A DNA stretch of 64,000 nucleotides from an uncultured virus (IMG/VR IMGVR_UViG_2654587972_000002) (Duplodnaviria; Heunggongvirae; Uroviricota; Caudoviricetes). This document shows, in pieces, positions 28,059-37,072 of this stretch (position 1 is the first letter of the stretch; each line of letters starts with the position of its first letter). The DNA is taken from IMG/VR virus record IMGVR_UViG_2654587972_000002; one strand, 5' to 3'. The notes beneath the pieces were generated by a model that made no database searches, was not told the origin of the DNA, and saw nothing but the letters and a program-made list of their open reading frames with translations. The translations under genes were made by a program, and so were the position numbers.

Positions 28059-29160
28059 ATTTGAAACAAAAGGCTTTCAAGGACTTATGGAATTAGCACA
28101 AAAAGAGGCACAGAAAAAGGAAAACTTTGGGAGTGATTTCAATGTTGAGTCAACTGGTGATTATTACAAACTAGCAGCACCTTTTATATATCTTTGCTCT
28201 TACCTGGAAGACAAAATTATTTCAATAGCAAGGGGTTTAAATATATACAATGCACAAAATGAGGAATTAGACAATTTGTTATATTTTTTTCCTAGAAGAT
28301 TTGGAACAAAAGCTCAAGTACATTGTAAAGTTACAGCAACTAATTTTGTAGATGTGTTACAAGGAGACATTATCATACAAGCTGAAAATGGAGTGAAATA
28401 TGAAAATATAGAAAGATTTGAAGTGGACTCTTCAAGAACTAAAACAATACTATTTCAAAGCTTGTTCGATGGCGAAGATGGGAATATTCAAATCAATAAA
28501 GTTGAAAAGGTTATAAAAGCTCCAGCTTCAATAGTAGATGTACAAAATATAGAGATTGGAGAAGGTGGTCTTTCTTCTGAAACTGACTATGAATATCTAA
28601 AAAGATATTTGGCTGGAAATAGCAAAGGTGAATGGAGTTTATTACCTATTTTAAATGCTATAAGAAAATTACCAGGAGTAAAAAGTGCTAATGGAATAAG
28701 AAACAATACAATGAATATAGACAGCTTTGGACTTTCTCCAAAAAGCATTTGGATAGTAGTAGATGGTGGAATAAAGGAAGAAATAGCACATGCTATTTAT
28801 ATGCACATTCATACTCCAGATACTAAAGGAAATGTTGTCGTAAATGTTCCAACATCTGTGCCTAATCATTTTGAAACTATAAGATTTGATAGACCTGCTC
28901 AAGCAGATATTGAGTATAAATTAGATATAAAAAGTGCTGATGAATTAAAAATAAAAAATTTAATTGATGACTATATTAATGAAGCTGGAATAGGAGCTTT
29001 ACTATCAAATGGGACATTCTTATATGAATATCTTTATAATAAAAACTATAAATATACCGATTTTGACTTGAAGTTTAGAAAAAAAAGTACTCTTATTTGG
29101 AGTAATTCAATTCAATTAAACTTTAATGAAATACCAAAGAGTGCTGGGAGAATATCATGA
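28051..29160 (+). CDS. baseplate J-like protein
   Basis: GGLSSETDYEY, IWIVVDGG motifs. Confidence 0.85.
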   Translation: MDKFETKGFQGLMELAQKEAQKKENFGSDFNVESTGDYYKLAAPFIYLCSYLEDKIISIARGLNIYNAQNEELDNLLYFFPRRFGTKAQVHCKVTATNFVDVLQGDIIIQAENGVKYENIERFEVDSSRTKTILFQSLFDGEDGNIQINKVEKVIKAPASIVDVQNIEIGEGGLSSETDYEYLKRYLAGNSKGEWSLLPILNAIRKLPGVKSANGIRNNTMNIDSFGLSPKSIWIVVDGGIKEEIAHAIYMHIHTPDTKGNVVVNVPTSVPNHFETIRFDRPAQADIEYKLDIKSADELKIKNLIDDYINEAGIGALLSNGTFLYEYLYNKNYKYTDFDLKFRKKSTLIWSNSIQLNFNEIPKSAGRIS

Positions 29161-29783
29161 TAGATGAGGTTATAAAGGGTTTACCTTTACATTTTCAAAA
29201 GGAAAATACAATTAAATTTTATAAGACCTTGAAGCCTGTTATTGAATATATAGATAGCTTAATAGAAAATTTAAAAAATCAAACATCATTATTAAAATGT
29301 TCAGGGATATTCTTAGATTTTATGGGTGAAAGATATGATGAAAAGAGAAGTGGTCGAGATGATGAGACTTATAGACAAGCATTGATTATAAAAAAAATGG
29401 CACTTGATGGATTACCTAATACAGAATTTTTACTTTCACTTACTAGGGAACTTACTAATAAAGAAGTTACTAAATTAAAAACAAGACCATTGCAAGAAGT
29501 AGCTAGTCAACTATTTAAGGTAAATATGATTGATGATTTAAAAGTTATTAATAAAATGCCTGACTTAAATAAAGTTTGTGAAGTTGGAGCAAGGATGTAT
29601 TGGGAGCTTGAAATTATCAATAATAAAAGCAATAAATATTATTCATCAGTAGTTGAGAATATAAAAAAAATAGAAATAAAAGCTGATTTTAAACTAGATC
29701 AAACAATGAGAATAAATTCAAAGTTAAATACTGCTCAAGGGATAGGATTTACTAAAATAATCGAGATAGGGGGAATTAAATAA
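29157..29783 (+). CDS. baseplate wedge protein
   Basis: LDFMGE...RDDETYR motif. Confidence 0.65.
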   Translation: MIDEVIKGLPLHFQKENTIKFYKTLKPVIEYIDSLIENLKNQTSLLKCSGIFLDFMGERYDEKRSGRDDETYRQALIIKKMALDGLPNTEFLLSLTRELTNKEVTKLKTRPLQEVASQLFKVNMIDDLKVINKMPDLNKVCEVGARMYWELEIINNKSNKYYSSVVENIKKIEIKADFKLDQTMRINSKLNTAQGIGFTKIIEIGGIK

Positions 29784-30892
29784 TGAGTTATTTTGAAGGC
29801 TTAAAGCTAACAAAAAAAGGTGAACAACTTCAAGCTAAGATAAATGGAAATTTATCTGAAACTCTAACTTTTACAAAAGCAAAGTTAGGAAGTGGTTCAA
29901 TAACTTCAAATGATGAGATTAGATTCTTAACAGATGTAAAAGAAGTATGGGGGACAGCTAATGTAACTAGTTGTAAGATACAGGGAGATGAAAAAAATAT
30001 AGTAGCTATAGAACTTCAATTTTCTAATGCTGAGCTAAGAGAAGATAAAATCTTCAGAGAAATTGGACTTTATGCACAAGGAAATGAAGGTGAAGAAATT
30101 CTTTATGCTTATGCCAATGCTGGAGATAAATATGATTATATTCCACTAATGAAAGATAGCCCACATTCTTTTATAATAGTAATTTATTTCAATATAACAA
30201 GTGGTTCAAAAGTTGATGCCAAAATTGATTTACATAGCTACATAACACTTCAAGAATTTAACGAGGGAATGAGTAAAAAAGTAAATAAAACAGACTATGC
30301 TTCAGCTGAGCAGTATGGAATTGTTAAGTATGGAACAGAAGAAGGGACAGTACTAGAAGGAAATAAGTTTACTCAGATAATGGGAAAAGATTATGGTGGG
30401 ATATTAAATGAACCAGGAACAAAAGAAGTAGGAAAAACTTACTTTGATAAAAATACAAAGAAATTATACCTGTGTAAGAATACAAATACAGATATTTCAG
30501 CAAATATAAATAATTATATAGCTATGGACAGTCATTCAATTCTTGAGAGATTGGAAAATTTATCTAGTTCTGGTGCAAAAAGGATAGATTTAAATATTCC
30601 TAACTCTAGTCATTCTTATGCTTATAGAATAGGAGACATTTGTATTCTAAATATTGACTCTGGTGGTGCTTTTATTGGGAAAAAAGCAGATGACATATTA
30701 TTTAAGTTACCATCTAATTTATTACCAAAAAGTAGAACGATTGCTACTTTAGGTTCTTTTGTACCAAGCCTAAGTAGAGAAATTGTGGTATATATAGAAC
30801 CAAATGGAAATTGTATTCTAAAATCTCAAAATGTTACATGCCAAACAGCATATTATGGCAATATTAGCTATATAATTCAAAATTTATTTTAA
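29783..30892 (+). CDS. tail fibre protein (constant part + currently attached tip A)
   Basis: LTKKG...FREIGLYA...LYAY N-terminus; crossover repeat encodes RLENLS. Confidence 0.85.
   Translation: MSYFEGLKLTKKGEQLQAKINGNLSETLTFTKAKLGSGSITSNDEIRFLTDVKEVWGTANVTSCKIQGDEKNIVAIELQFSNAELREDKIFREIGLYAQGNEGEEILYAYANAGDKYDYIPLMKDSPHSFIIVIYFNITSGSKVDAKIDLHSYITLQEFNEGMSKKVNKTDYASAEQYGIVKYGTEEGTVLEGNKFTQIMGKDYGGILNEPGTKEVGKTYFDKNTKKLYLCKNTNTDISANINNYIAMDSHSILERLENLSSSGAKRIDLNIPNSSHSYAYRIGDICILNIDSGGAFIGKKADDILFKLPSNLLPKSRTIATLGSFVPSLSREIVVYIEPNGNCILKSQNVTCQTAYYGNISYIIQNLF
30548..30564 (+). repeat. left inversion site AGATTGGAAAATTTATC
   Basis: exact reverse complement of 31185..31201. Confidence 0.92.
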
Positions 30893-31201
30893 AAAAGTTG
30901 TTAACTGTCCCATAAATGTATTTGTAAGAGGATTTCTAACATCTGTAGAAGAAACCATTAAAACATTATTAACTAAAGATAAATGTCCACAAGTTCCATT
31001 ATTTCCTGTGATTGCTGCTGCAGTATTATGACATCTGTAAGGTAAATTACATTTATATGTGATTCCATAATTTACTTTTTCTATACTATATGTGTAAGCA
31101 GCTACAAGAATTAAATTACCGCACTGAAATATAGTAAATTTTATCCCACTTGGAGTTGAATATAATTCTTGAACTTTAAATCTTGATAAATTTTCCAATC
31201 T
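30884..31201 (-). other. silent alternative tail-fibre C-terminal cassette (tip B, 105 aa)
   Basis: open frame starting RLENLS in the repeat, same phase as the fibre gene; TAA at 30884-30886. Confidence 0.88.
31185..31201 (-). repeat. right inversion site
   Basis: GATAAATTTTCCAATCT on + strand. Confidence 0.92.
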
Positions 31202-31251
31202 ATTTACTTTTATATAAAATGTACCTAACAAATTTGAAGGAGGTACAAAGT

Positions 31252-32226
31252 ATGGAACTAAAAGGATGGGAAAAGTTAAAAAAGGAAAATGTGGAGATTT
31301 ATAAGCAGTATTTGAATAGCTGCAAAAGCAGTAACTACGAAACATGGGAAACAACTTATTCTACTTACATCAGTAATTTCAAGTTGTTCCTTATATGGTT
31401 TCAAGAAAATTATAAAAATAGGTATTTATTGAGTAAAGACACACTGATGGAAATGCCTCAAATTATGGAAGAGTACAGAAACCATTGCAGGAGTTTAGGA
31501 AATAGTAAAAGGACTCTAATGAATAAAACAACATCAGTTAGTAGTTTTTATTTATGGTGTGTTAGAAGAAATAAATGCAGGTTTCACCCGTTTGATAAAA
31601 AACTAGACAGATTGAAATTTGCTGAAAAAGATAAGATTAGAAAGAACTATTTTTTAAATACTGAACAAATTCTTACTGTTAGACTTTTTATGAAATTTCA
31701 AAATAAAAAGTATGATATTCAAGATAGGATTTTATGGGAATTATTTTTAGACAGTGCTTGTAGAATTTCAGCGGTTCAAAATTTAAAGTTGGAGCAATTA
31801 AGACTAGAAGAGGGATACTTTGAAGGAGTTAAAGAAAAAGAAGGTTATATAGTGAATGCCTTTTTCTTTGAGAAATGTAAAATTCTTTTAAAAGAATGGA
31901 TTAAATTCAGAGAAGAGTCAGGAATACATAGTGAATGGCTGTTTATAACAAAATATGGAGATGAATATAGAAAGATGAGTCAGGGGACTATAAGAAACAG
32001 AGTAAAAAAAATGGGCTTAATTCTAGATATTCCAGACTTATACCCGCACTCTTTAAGAAAAACATCAATAAATCTTATAAACAATCTAGCGGGGTTAGGT
32101 GTTGCTAGTAGCTATGCAAATCATACAAGTAGCAATGTAACAAGTAAACACTATTTGCAAAAAGCTAACCCTATGGAAGTAAGAAATAATATTATTCAGC
32201 TTCGTAAAAAGCTAGGAATATTTTAG
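31252..32226 (+). CDS. tyrosine recombinase, probable tail-fibre invertase
   Basis: SACRISA, PHSLRKT, ANH...KHY catalytic motifs; GGAGG RBS; 50 bp from right repeat. Confidence 0.88.
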   Translation: MELKGWEKLKKENVEIYKQYLNSCKSSNYETWETTYSTYISNFKLFLIWFQENYKNRYLLSKDTLMEMPQIMEEYRNHCRSLGNSKRTLMNKTTSVSSFYLWCVRRNKCRFHPFDKKLDRLKFAEKDKIRKNYFLNTEQILTVRLFMKFQNKKYDIQDRILWELFLDSACRISAVQNLKLEQLRLEEGYFEGVKEKEGYIVNAFFFEKCKILLKEWIKFREESGIHSEWLFITKYGDEYRKMSQGTIRNRVKKMGLILDIPDLYPHSLRKTSINLINNLAGLGVASSYANHTSSNVTSKHYLQKANPMEVRNNIIQLRKKLGIF

Positions 32227-32239
32227 AAAGGAGCAATAA

Positions 32240-33028
32240 ATGAGCAATGTAATAAACTTTTATAAAGGCATAGAATTAAAATATTCAGTATATTCCAACA
32301 GTTTAGAAGATGTTAAAAATAATCCACTTAATTATTTTCAGGAATATACTGATGATATGTTCATAACAGATAAGAATTTTCAATATCCAATAATCAAAAA
32401 TAATGAACTAATGGAAATGACAAGAGAAGAAAGAATAGAACAAGGGATAGAAACTCAACTAGAACCTGGTGAATTTATAAAAAATAAAAAACTTGTCAAA
32501 GCCCCTCAGCCGAGTAAATACCATTTTTGGAATAAAGAGACTAATAAATGGGATTTAGACCTGGAAGGTTTAAAGCATATTACAAGAAGAAAATTTAGAC
32601 AAGTTTTACTGGATAAAATTTATGCTGATTTTGATTATAACGGGAAAATTTTTCAAATGGGAGAAGCTGATGAAAAAAACTTTTTAAGAGTAAAATCAGC
32701 GATAGACATAGCTACAACAAGTAATGATCCAAAAGCAATAATTGATGCTGTTAAGTTCTTAAAAGGTGATGTCCCAGAAGGTTTTGAAGAGAAAATAAAA
32801 GCAATTATAAAAGATAAGACAACATTATCAGAAGTAATTCAAAATTTAAAAATAAATTGGAGATTGAAGGACAATTCTGTTGATTCCTTTACTTTTGGAG
32901 AGATTAATCATATCTATCTTTTATGGATACTACGTGGGACAGCTGCACAAGAGGAATATACGGCAGTGGCAACCAAAACAATGGAAGCTAAATCTTTAAA
33001 AGAATTGGAATCTATCGAATGGAAATAA
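32240..33028 (+). CDS. tail fibre assembly-type protein
   Basis: PQPSKYHFWN, WRLKDNS, LESIEW motifs; position. Confidence 0.65.
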   Translation: MSNVINFYKGIELKYSVYSNSLEDVKNNPLNYFQEYTDDMFITDKNFQYPIIKNNELMEMTREERIEQGIETQLEPGEFIKNKKLVKAPQPSKYHFWNKETNKWDLDLEGLKHITRRKFRQVLLDKIYADFDYNGKIFQMGEADEKNFLRVKSAIDIATTSNDPKAIIDAVKFLKGDVPEGFEEKIKAIIKDKTTLSEVIQNLKINWRLKDNSVDSFTFGEINHIYLLWILRGTAAQEEYTAVATKTMEAKSLKELESIEWK

Positions 33029-33042
33029 AAGGAGTGATGCAA

Positions 33043-33561
33043 ATGTTTAGTTTGTCACAAGCAAGCCAAAAAATGATGATAGGAGTTCATCCTGATCTAG
33101 TGAGATTTATGGAAGAACTGATAGGATTAAGTCCTCATGATTTCAAAATAACTTGTGGAATGAGAACAGCAGAGGAGCAAAACAAACTATATCAATATGG
33201 TAGAACTATTCCAGGAGCATGGAGAACAAATTGCGATGGATATAAAGTTCAATCAAATCATCAAGAGAAGATTGATGGACTTGGTTATGCTATTGATATT
33301 GGTGTATTAGTTAAAGAAAAAACTAAAAAAATAGTGGTAGAAAATGGTAAAAAAGTGGAAAAAGAAGTGGAAGTAACAGTTTACAAAGCAGGTCCACAAG
33401 ACTTTCATTATTATAAAGATATCTATGAAACTGCCAAAAAACATGGGTTAATAGATAAATATAATATTGAATGGGGTGGAGAATGGAAAAAAGTAGATGC
33501 TGTACATTTCCAAATCAGAGGAGCAGGAAAAATACCTTATAAGGTAGTTTATAAAAAATAG
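33043..33561 (+). CDS. endolysin, M15-family peptidase
   Basis: GMRTAEEQ, SNH...AID, WGGEW..DAVHFQ. Confidence 0.88.
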   Translation: MFSLSQASQKMMIGVHPDLVRFMEELIGLSPHDFKITCGMRTAEEQNKLYQYGRTIPGAWRTNCDGYKVQSNHQEKIDGLGYAIDIGVLVKEKTKKIVVENGKKVEKEVEVTVYKAGPQDFHYYKDIYETAKKHGLIDKYNIEWGGEWKKVDAVHFQIRGAGKIPYKVVYKK

Positions 33562-33573
33562 GAGGATTAGAAA

Positions 33574-33945
33574 ATGATAAATCAAGTAATTACATATTTA
33601 AAAGGTTTTAGCCAAGAACAATGGCTATGGATAGCATTGGCAGGATTAATTTTAGGATATATTATTTATAATAGAAAGCAATATGTTAATTTGTTTGATG
33701 CTGCAGTTATTGCCTCAGAGGAGAGCTTTAAACATGGGGACAATAAAAGAAAACTTAATGCAGCAGTTAAGTTTATAACATATAGAACTGATAAATTACC
33801 ATATCCAGCGAGAATATTAATTAGAAAATTTTTTAGTAGAGAAAGAATAAGAAAAGGAATAGAAAAAGCTCTTCAAAAATTTTCTGATGTGTTTGGGACT
33901 GGAAGAAAAATTGACATAGAGGAAGCAGAAAATGTTGAAGAATAG
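33574..33945 (+). CDS. membrane protein in lysis cassette (holin-like)
   Basis: single N-terminal TM helix. Confidence 0.5.
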   Translation: MINQVITYLKGFSQEQWLWIALAGLILGYIIYNRKQYVNLFDAAVIASEESFKHGDNKRKLNAAVKFITYRTDKLPYPARILIRKFFSRERIRKGIEKALQKFSDVFGTGRKIDIEEAENVEE

Positions 33946-34384
33946 CATAAAATTAAAAAGAGAAAATAATTTATTTAGTGTAGTTGTTGAAGACTACACT
34001 AAATATATAAAAGATTTTCCAATATTAATTCCAGCAGGTTTCAGAACAGATGGTGCTAGTATTCCACTTATACTTAGACCATTTTTTGAGAGATATGGGA
34101 AAAATACAGAAGCAGCAGTTGTTCATGATTTTTTATACTCGAAGTTCAATGATACGGGTATAAATAGGGAATTAGCTGATAAAATATTTTTATTCATCTT
34201 GAAAGAAAATGGAGTATCTTACAGAGTTAGAAAGGTAATGTATAAGGCTGTGAGGATGTTTGGAGAAGTCTTTTGGGAGAAAAAACTTAGAAATGAAGGA
34301 TATAAGAATCAAGCTATAATTGATAGAACAGAAGAGGCAAAGCTATATTATAGTGAATGGGAGAAAAAATTAGGAAAACTTTAG
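33932..34384 (+). CDS. DUF1353-family protein
   Basis: IPAGFRTDGASIP, AAVVHDFLY. Confidence 0.8.
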   Translation: MLKNSIKLKRENNLFSVVVEDYTKYIKDFPILIPAGFRTDGASIPLILRPFFERYGKNTEAAVVHDFLYSKFNDTGINRELADKIFLFILKENGVSYRVRKVMYKAVRMFGEVFWEKKLRNEGYKNQAIIDRTEEAKLYYSEWEKKLGKL

Positions 34385-34393
34385 GAGATTAAA

Positions 34394-34849
34394 ATGGGGA
34401 AGATGAATGGGTTATTTGAACACTGGTTTATAAGAGGGACAATTGGCTTTATATTATATTTATTAGGTGGTTGGAGCAAATCACTTGAAATAATGATGAC
34501 ATTTATAATAGTTGATTATATAAGTGGATATTTAAAGAGCATCTATAAGAAAGAAATATCATCTAAAAAAGCTTTTAGAGGGATTATAAAGAAAGCCTCT
34601 TGTATTTTGGCTGTTATAATAGGTGCTTCACTTGATAAATTAATAGAAGGGACTCCTATAAATATTCCAATTAGCTTATTCAATATTCCCCTGTCTTTTA
34701 AAGAATTAATAATATTTTCAGTAATAGGGAATGAAGGAATAAGTATAATTGAAAATTTGGGAGAAATGAATTTCCCCTTTCCTTTATTTATTAAGAAGTT
34801 CTTCAAGCAGTTAAAACAGCAAGATGAGCAAGATAAAGAGAATAGATAA
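34394..34849 (+). CDS. phage holin (toxin-secretion/holin_4 type)
   Basis: VDYISG, GIIKK, NEGISIIENL. Confidence 0.85.
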   Translation: MGKMNGLFEHWFIRGTIGFILYLLGGWSKSLEIMMTFIIVDYISGYLKSIYKKEISSKKAFRGIIKKASCILAVIIGASLDKLIEGTPINIPISLFNIPLSFKELIIFSVIGNEGISIIENLGEMNFPFPLFIKKFFKQLKQQDEQDKENR

Positions 34850-34858
34850 TAAAAAATT

Positions 34859-34884
34859 AAAAGGAGTATTTAAACTCCTTTTTT
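34859..34884 (+). terminator. terminator of late operon
   Basis: AAAAGGAGT/ACTCCTTTT stem + T-run. Confidence 0.7.
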
Positions 34885-34899
34885 GTTTAGTATAGAAAT

Positions 34900-34977
34900 T
34901 TTATTTTTATCATTTTGTTTTTAAATAAAATTATCATTTTAAATTGAAATTTTTATCAAATCGTTTTGCGTCTTACA
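34900..34977. repeat. Mu-like right end with three transposase-site-like repeats and terminal CA
   Basis: TTATCA at 34907, 34931, 34953; CA at 34976-34977. Confidence 0.7.
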
Positions 34978-35988
34978 TATGTAAAAGAAAATGCAGATAA
35001 AATAGGGCAAAAACCTATGGGAACAGGACCATATAAATTTGTTTCATGGGAAAGTGGAGATAGAGTTGTTTTAGAAGCTTTTCCTGATTATTGGAGAGGA
35101 GAAGCTCCTATAAAAAATGTAATATTTAGAAATGTAGTTGAAGAAACAAATAGAACTATAGGTCTTGAAACTGGTGAAATCGACATAATATATGATGTTG
35201 GTTCTATGGATAAAAATAAGATAAAAGAAGATGGTAGATTTAAGCTTATAGAAGCTCCACAAGCAAGAGTAGAATACTTAGGTTTTAATGTTAAGAAAAA
35301 ACCTTATGATAATCCAAAAGTAAGAGAAGCTATTTCTTATGCATTAGATCAAAAACCTATAATAGATACTGTATATCTTGGAGCAGCAGAACCAGCAACA
35401 TCTATAATAGGACCAAAAATATTATATAGTATTGAAGTTGAAAAATTTACTCAAGATATAGAAAAAGCAAAAGAATTATTAAAAGAAGCGGGTTTTCCAA
35501 ATGGATTTAAAACAAAACTTTGGACTAGTGATAACCCAGCAAGAAGAGATATGGCAGTTATTATTCAAGATCAATTAAAACAAATAGGAATAGATGTTAC
35601 TATTGAAACTCTTGAATGGGGAGCTTACTTAGATGGTACAGGTAGAGGAGAACAAGAGATGTATTTACTAGGTTGGACTACAGTAACAAGAGATCCTGAC
35701 TATGGTATTGCAGAATTAACTAGTACTGAAACACAGGGAAATGCTGGAAATAGAAGTTTTTATTCAAATCCTGAACTTGATAAGCTACTAAAAGCTGGTA
35801 AAGTTGAAATGGATCCTGAAAAGAGAAAAGAAATTTATAAAAAAGCACAAGAAATTATTAGACATGATATACCAATGTATATGATACTTTATCCAACTCA
35901 AGCTGTTGCAACACAAAAAAATATAAAAGGATTTAAATTAGGAACTATGAATTCATATGAAATTTATGAAGTTTCTATTGAAAAGTAA
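34978..35988 (+). pseudogene. 3' portion of host peptide ABC transporter substrate-binding protein (DppA/OppA family) interrupted by prophage 1
   Basis: begins mid-protein just before PMGTGPYKF; no RBS or signal peptide. Confidence 0.85.
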
Positions 35989-36000
35989 ATAAAAACCATA

Positions 36001-36037
36001 AAAAAACTATTGTAATTAATACTTACAATAGTTTTTT
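36001..36037. terminator. bidirectional terminator
   Basis: AAAAAACTATTGTAA/TTACAATAGTTTTTT. Confidence 0.75.
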
Positions 36038-36147
36038 TAGATTACGTAAAAATGTTTTAAATTAAAAAATAAAGATAAAATTAAGTATAAAAATACATAG
36101 AAATTTGATAAAATAAAAATATAAATTTAATACTAGGAGGTAAATTT

Positions 36148-36245
36148 ATGGATGTTAAAAGAGATGAAAAAATTTTAGAATTAGTTAATATATTAAAAAA
36201 TACAAAGTATTTAGTTTTCTTTGGAGGAGCAGGGACTTCAACTGA
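36148..36245 (+). pseudogene. cobB: 5' fragment of host sirtuin gene interrupted by prophage 2
   Basis: AGGAGG RBS; MDVKRDEKILELVNILKNTKYLVFFGGAGTST then homology is lost; stop at 36285. Confidence 0.85.
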
Positions 36246-36281
36246 AATTACTTCAATAAACTACCAAAATAAAAAGAGAGC

Positions 36282-37004
36282 CTAAGCTCCCATTTTAATA
36301 ATGTTTATAACTTTATCCATAGTATCAGCAAAGTTACTATTTAAAACCAATGATGCCTCATTATCATATTGAGTATTTTCATTGTTAATAATAACTAAAT
36401 TTTTACCTTTAAAATATCTTAAATAATAAGCAGCAGGATACACTGTTAAACTTGTTCCTGCAACGATTAAAGTGTCTGCTTGTTCTAATTGATAAATAGC
36501 TTCATTAACCACAGCTTGATTTAAATTTTCACCATATAGAGTAACATCAGGTCTAACTATACCACCACATCCACAAGAAAAATTATTGCTTGCTGTTTTT
36601 CCACAATCTAAACAATACCATCTTTTTAGACTTCCATGTAATTCTAAAACATTTTTATTTCCTGCCATTTGATGTAAATCATCTATATTTTGAGTAATAA
36701 CAGCTTTTAAAACTCCAATTCTTTCTAACTCAGCCAAAGCTAAATGTCCCTTGTTAGGTTTTATTCCATTAATATTTAATTCATTTTCGACATACTCCAT
36801 AAAAATATTTCTATGAGAATAAAAGAAGTCTGAACTTAATACTTCTTCTGGTCTGTATTTTCCCTTGTATAAAGTGCTATATAAACCATCTTTCCCCCTG
36901 AAACTTTTTAATCCACTATCTGTTGAAACTCCTGCTCCTGTGAAGAAAATAAGATATTTAGAATTTTTTATAATATCAGCTAATTTTTGAATTTTATCTT
37001 CCAT
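36282..37004 (-). CDS. cobB: NAD-dependent protein deacylase (Sir2/CobB), phage-borne full-length copy
   Basis: TGAGVSTDSG, TQNIDDLH, LHGS, RPDVTLYGE, GTSL. Confidence 0.92.
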   Translation of the reverse strand: MEDKIQKLADIIKNSKYLIFFTGAGVSTDSGLKSFRGKDGLYSTLYKGKYRPEEVLSSDFFYSHRNIFMEYVENELNINGIKPNKGHLALAELERIGVLKAVITQNIDDLHQMAGNKNVLELHGSLKRWYCLDCGKTASNNFSCGCGGIVRPDVTLYGENLNQAVVNEAIYQLEQADTLIVAGTSLTVYPAAYYLRYFKGKNLVIINNENTQYDNEASLVLNSNFADTMDKVINIIKMGA

Positions 37005-37024
37005 TTACATCACCTCTTTTTTAG

Positions 37025-37072
37025 AGTATAACACAGTAACAAAAAAAAGCAACTTATATAGAGTTGCTTTTT
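37025..37072 (-). promoter_or_regulatory. terminator after integrase plus extended -10 promoter for phage cobB
   Basis: AAAAAGCAACT/AGTTGCTTTTT hairpin; TGtTATACT on minus strand. Confidence 0.6.

Larger units (their letters stand above)
1..34977 (+). mobile_element. Prophage 1: Mu-like transposable prophage (left end outside window)
   Basis: DDE transposase + AAA ATPase + DUF3164/GemA-like genes, full head/tail/lysis modules; ends in ...GCGTCTTACA abutting a 5'-truncated host gene. Confidence 0.92.

Noticed and set aside
31202..31354. ATG-started 156-aa minus ORF as an independent gene, and the 31183 start of the recombinase
   Set aside because: The upstream part is antisense to the recombinase; only the part from the repeat looks like a fibre tip; the recombinase RBS points to ATG 31252
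31252..32226. Tyrosine recombinase as integrase of prophage 1
   Set aside because: Internal to the tail module, next to inverted repeats; the phage has a transposase and a Mu-like end
34966..34977. TTG start giving an intact 340-aa binding protein
   Set aside because: The first codons come from the phage end; no RBS, signal peptide or N-terminal domain
36282..37004. Sir2 gene as a Thoeris/DSR-type defence NADase
   Set aside because: Canonical stand-alone CobB motifs with zinc-binding Cys pairs and no defence partner; closely resembles the interrupted host gene
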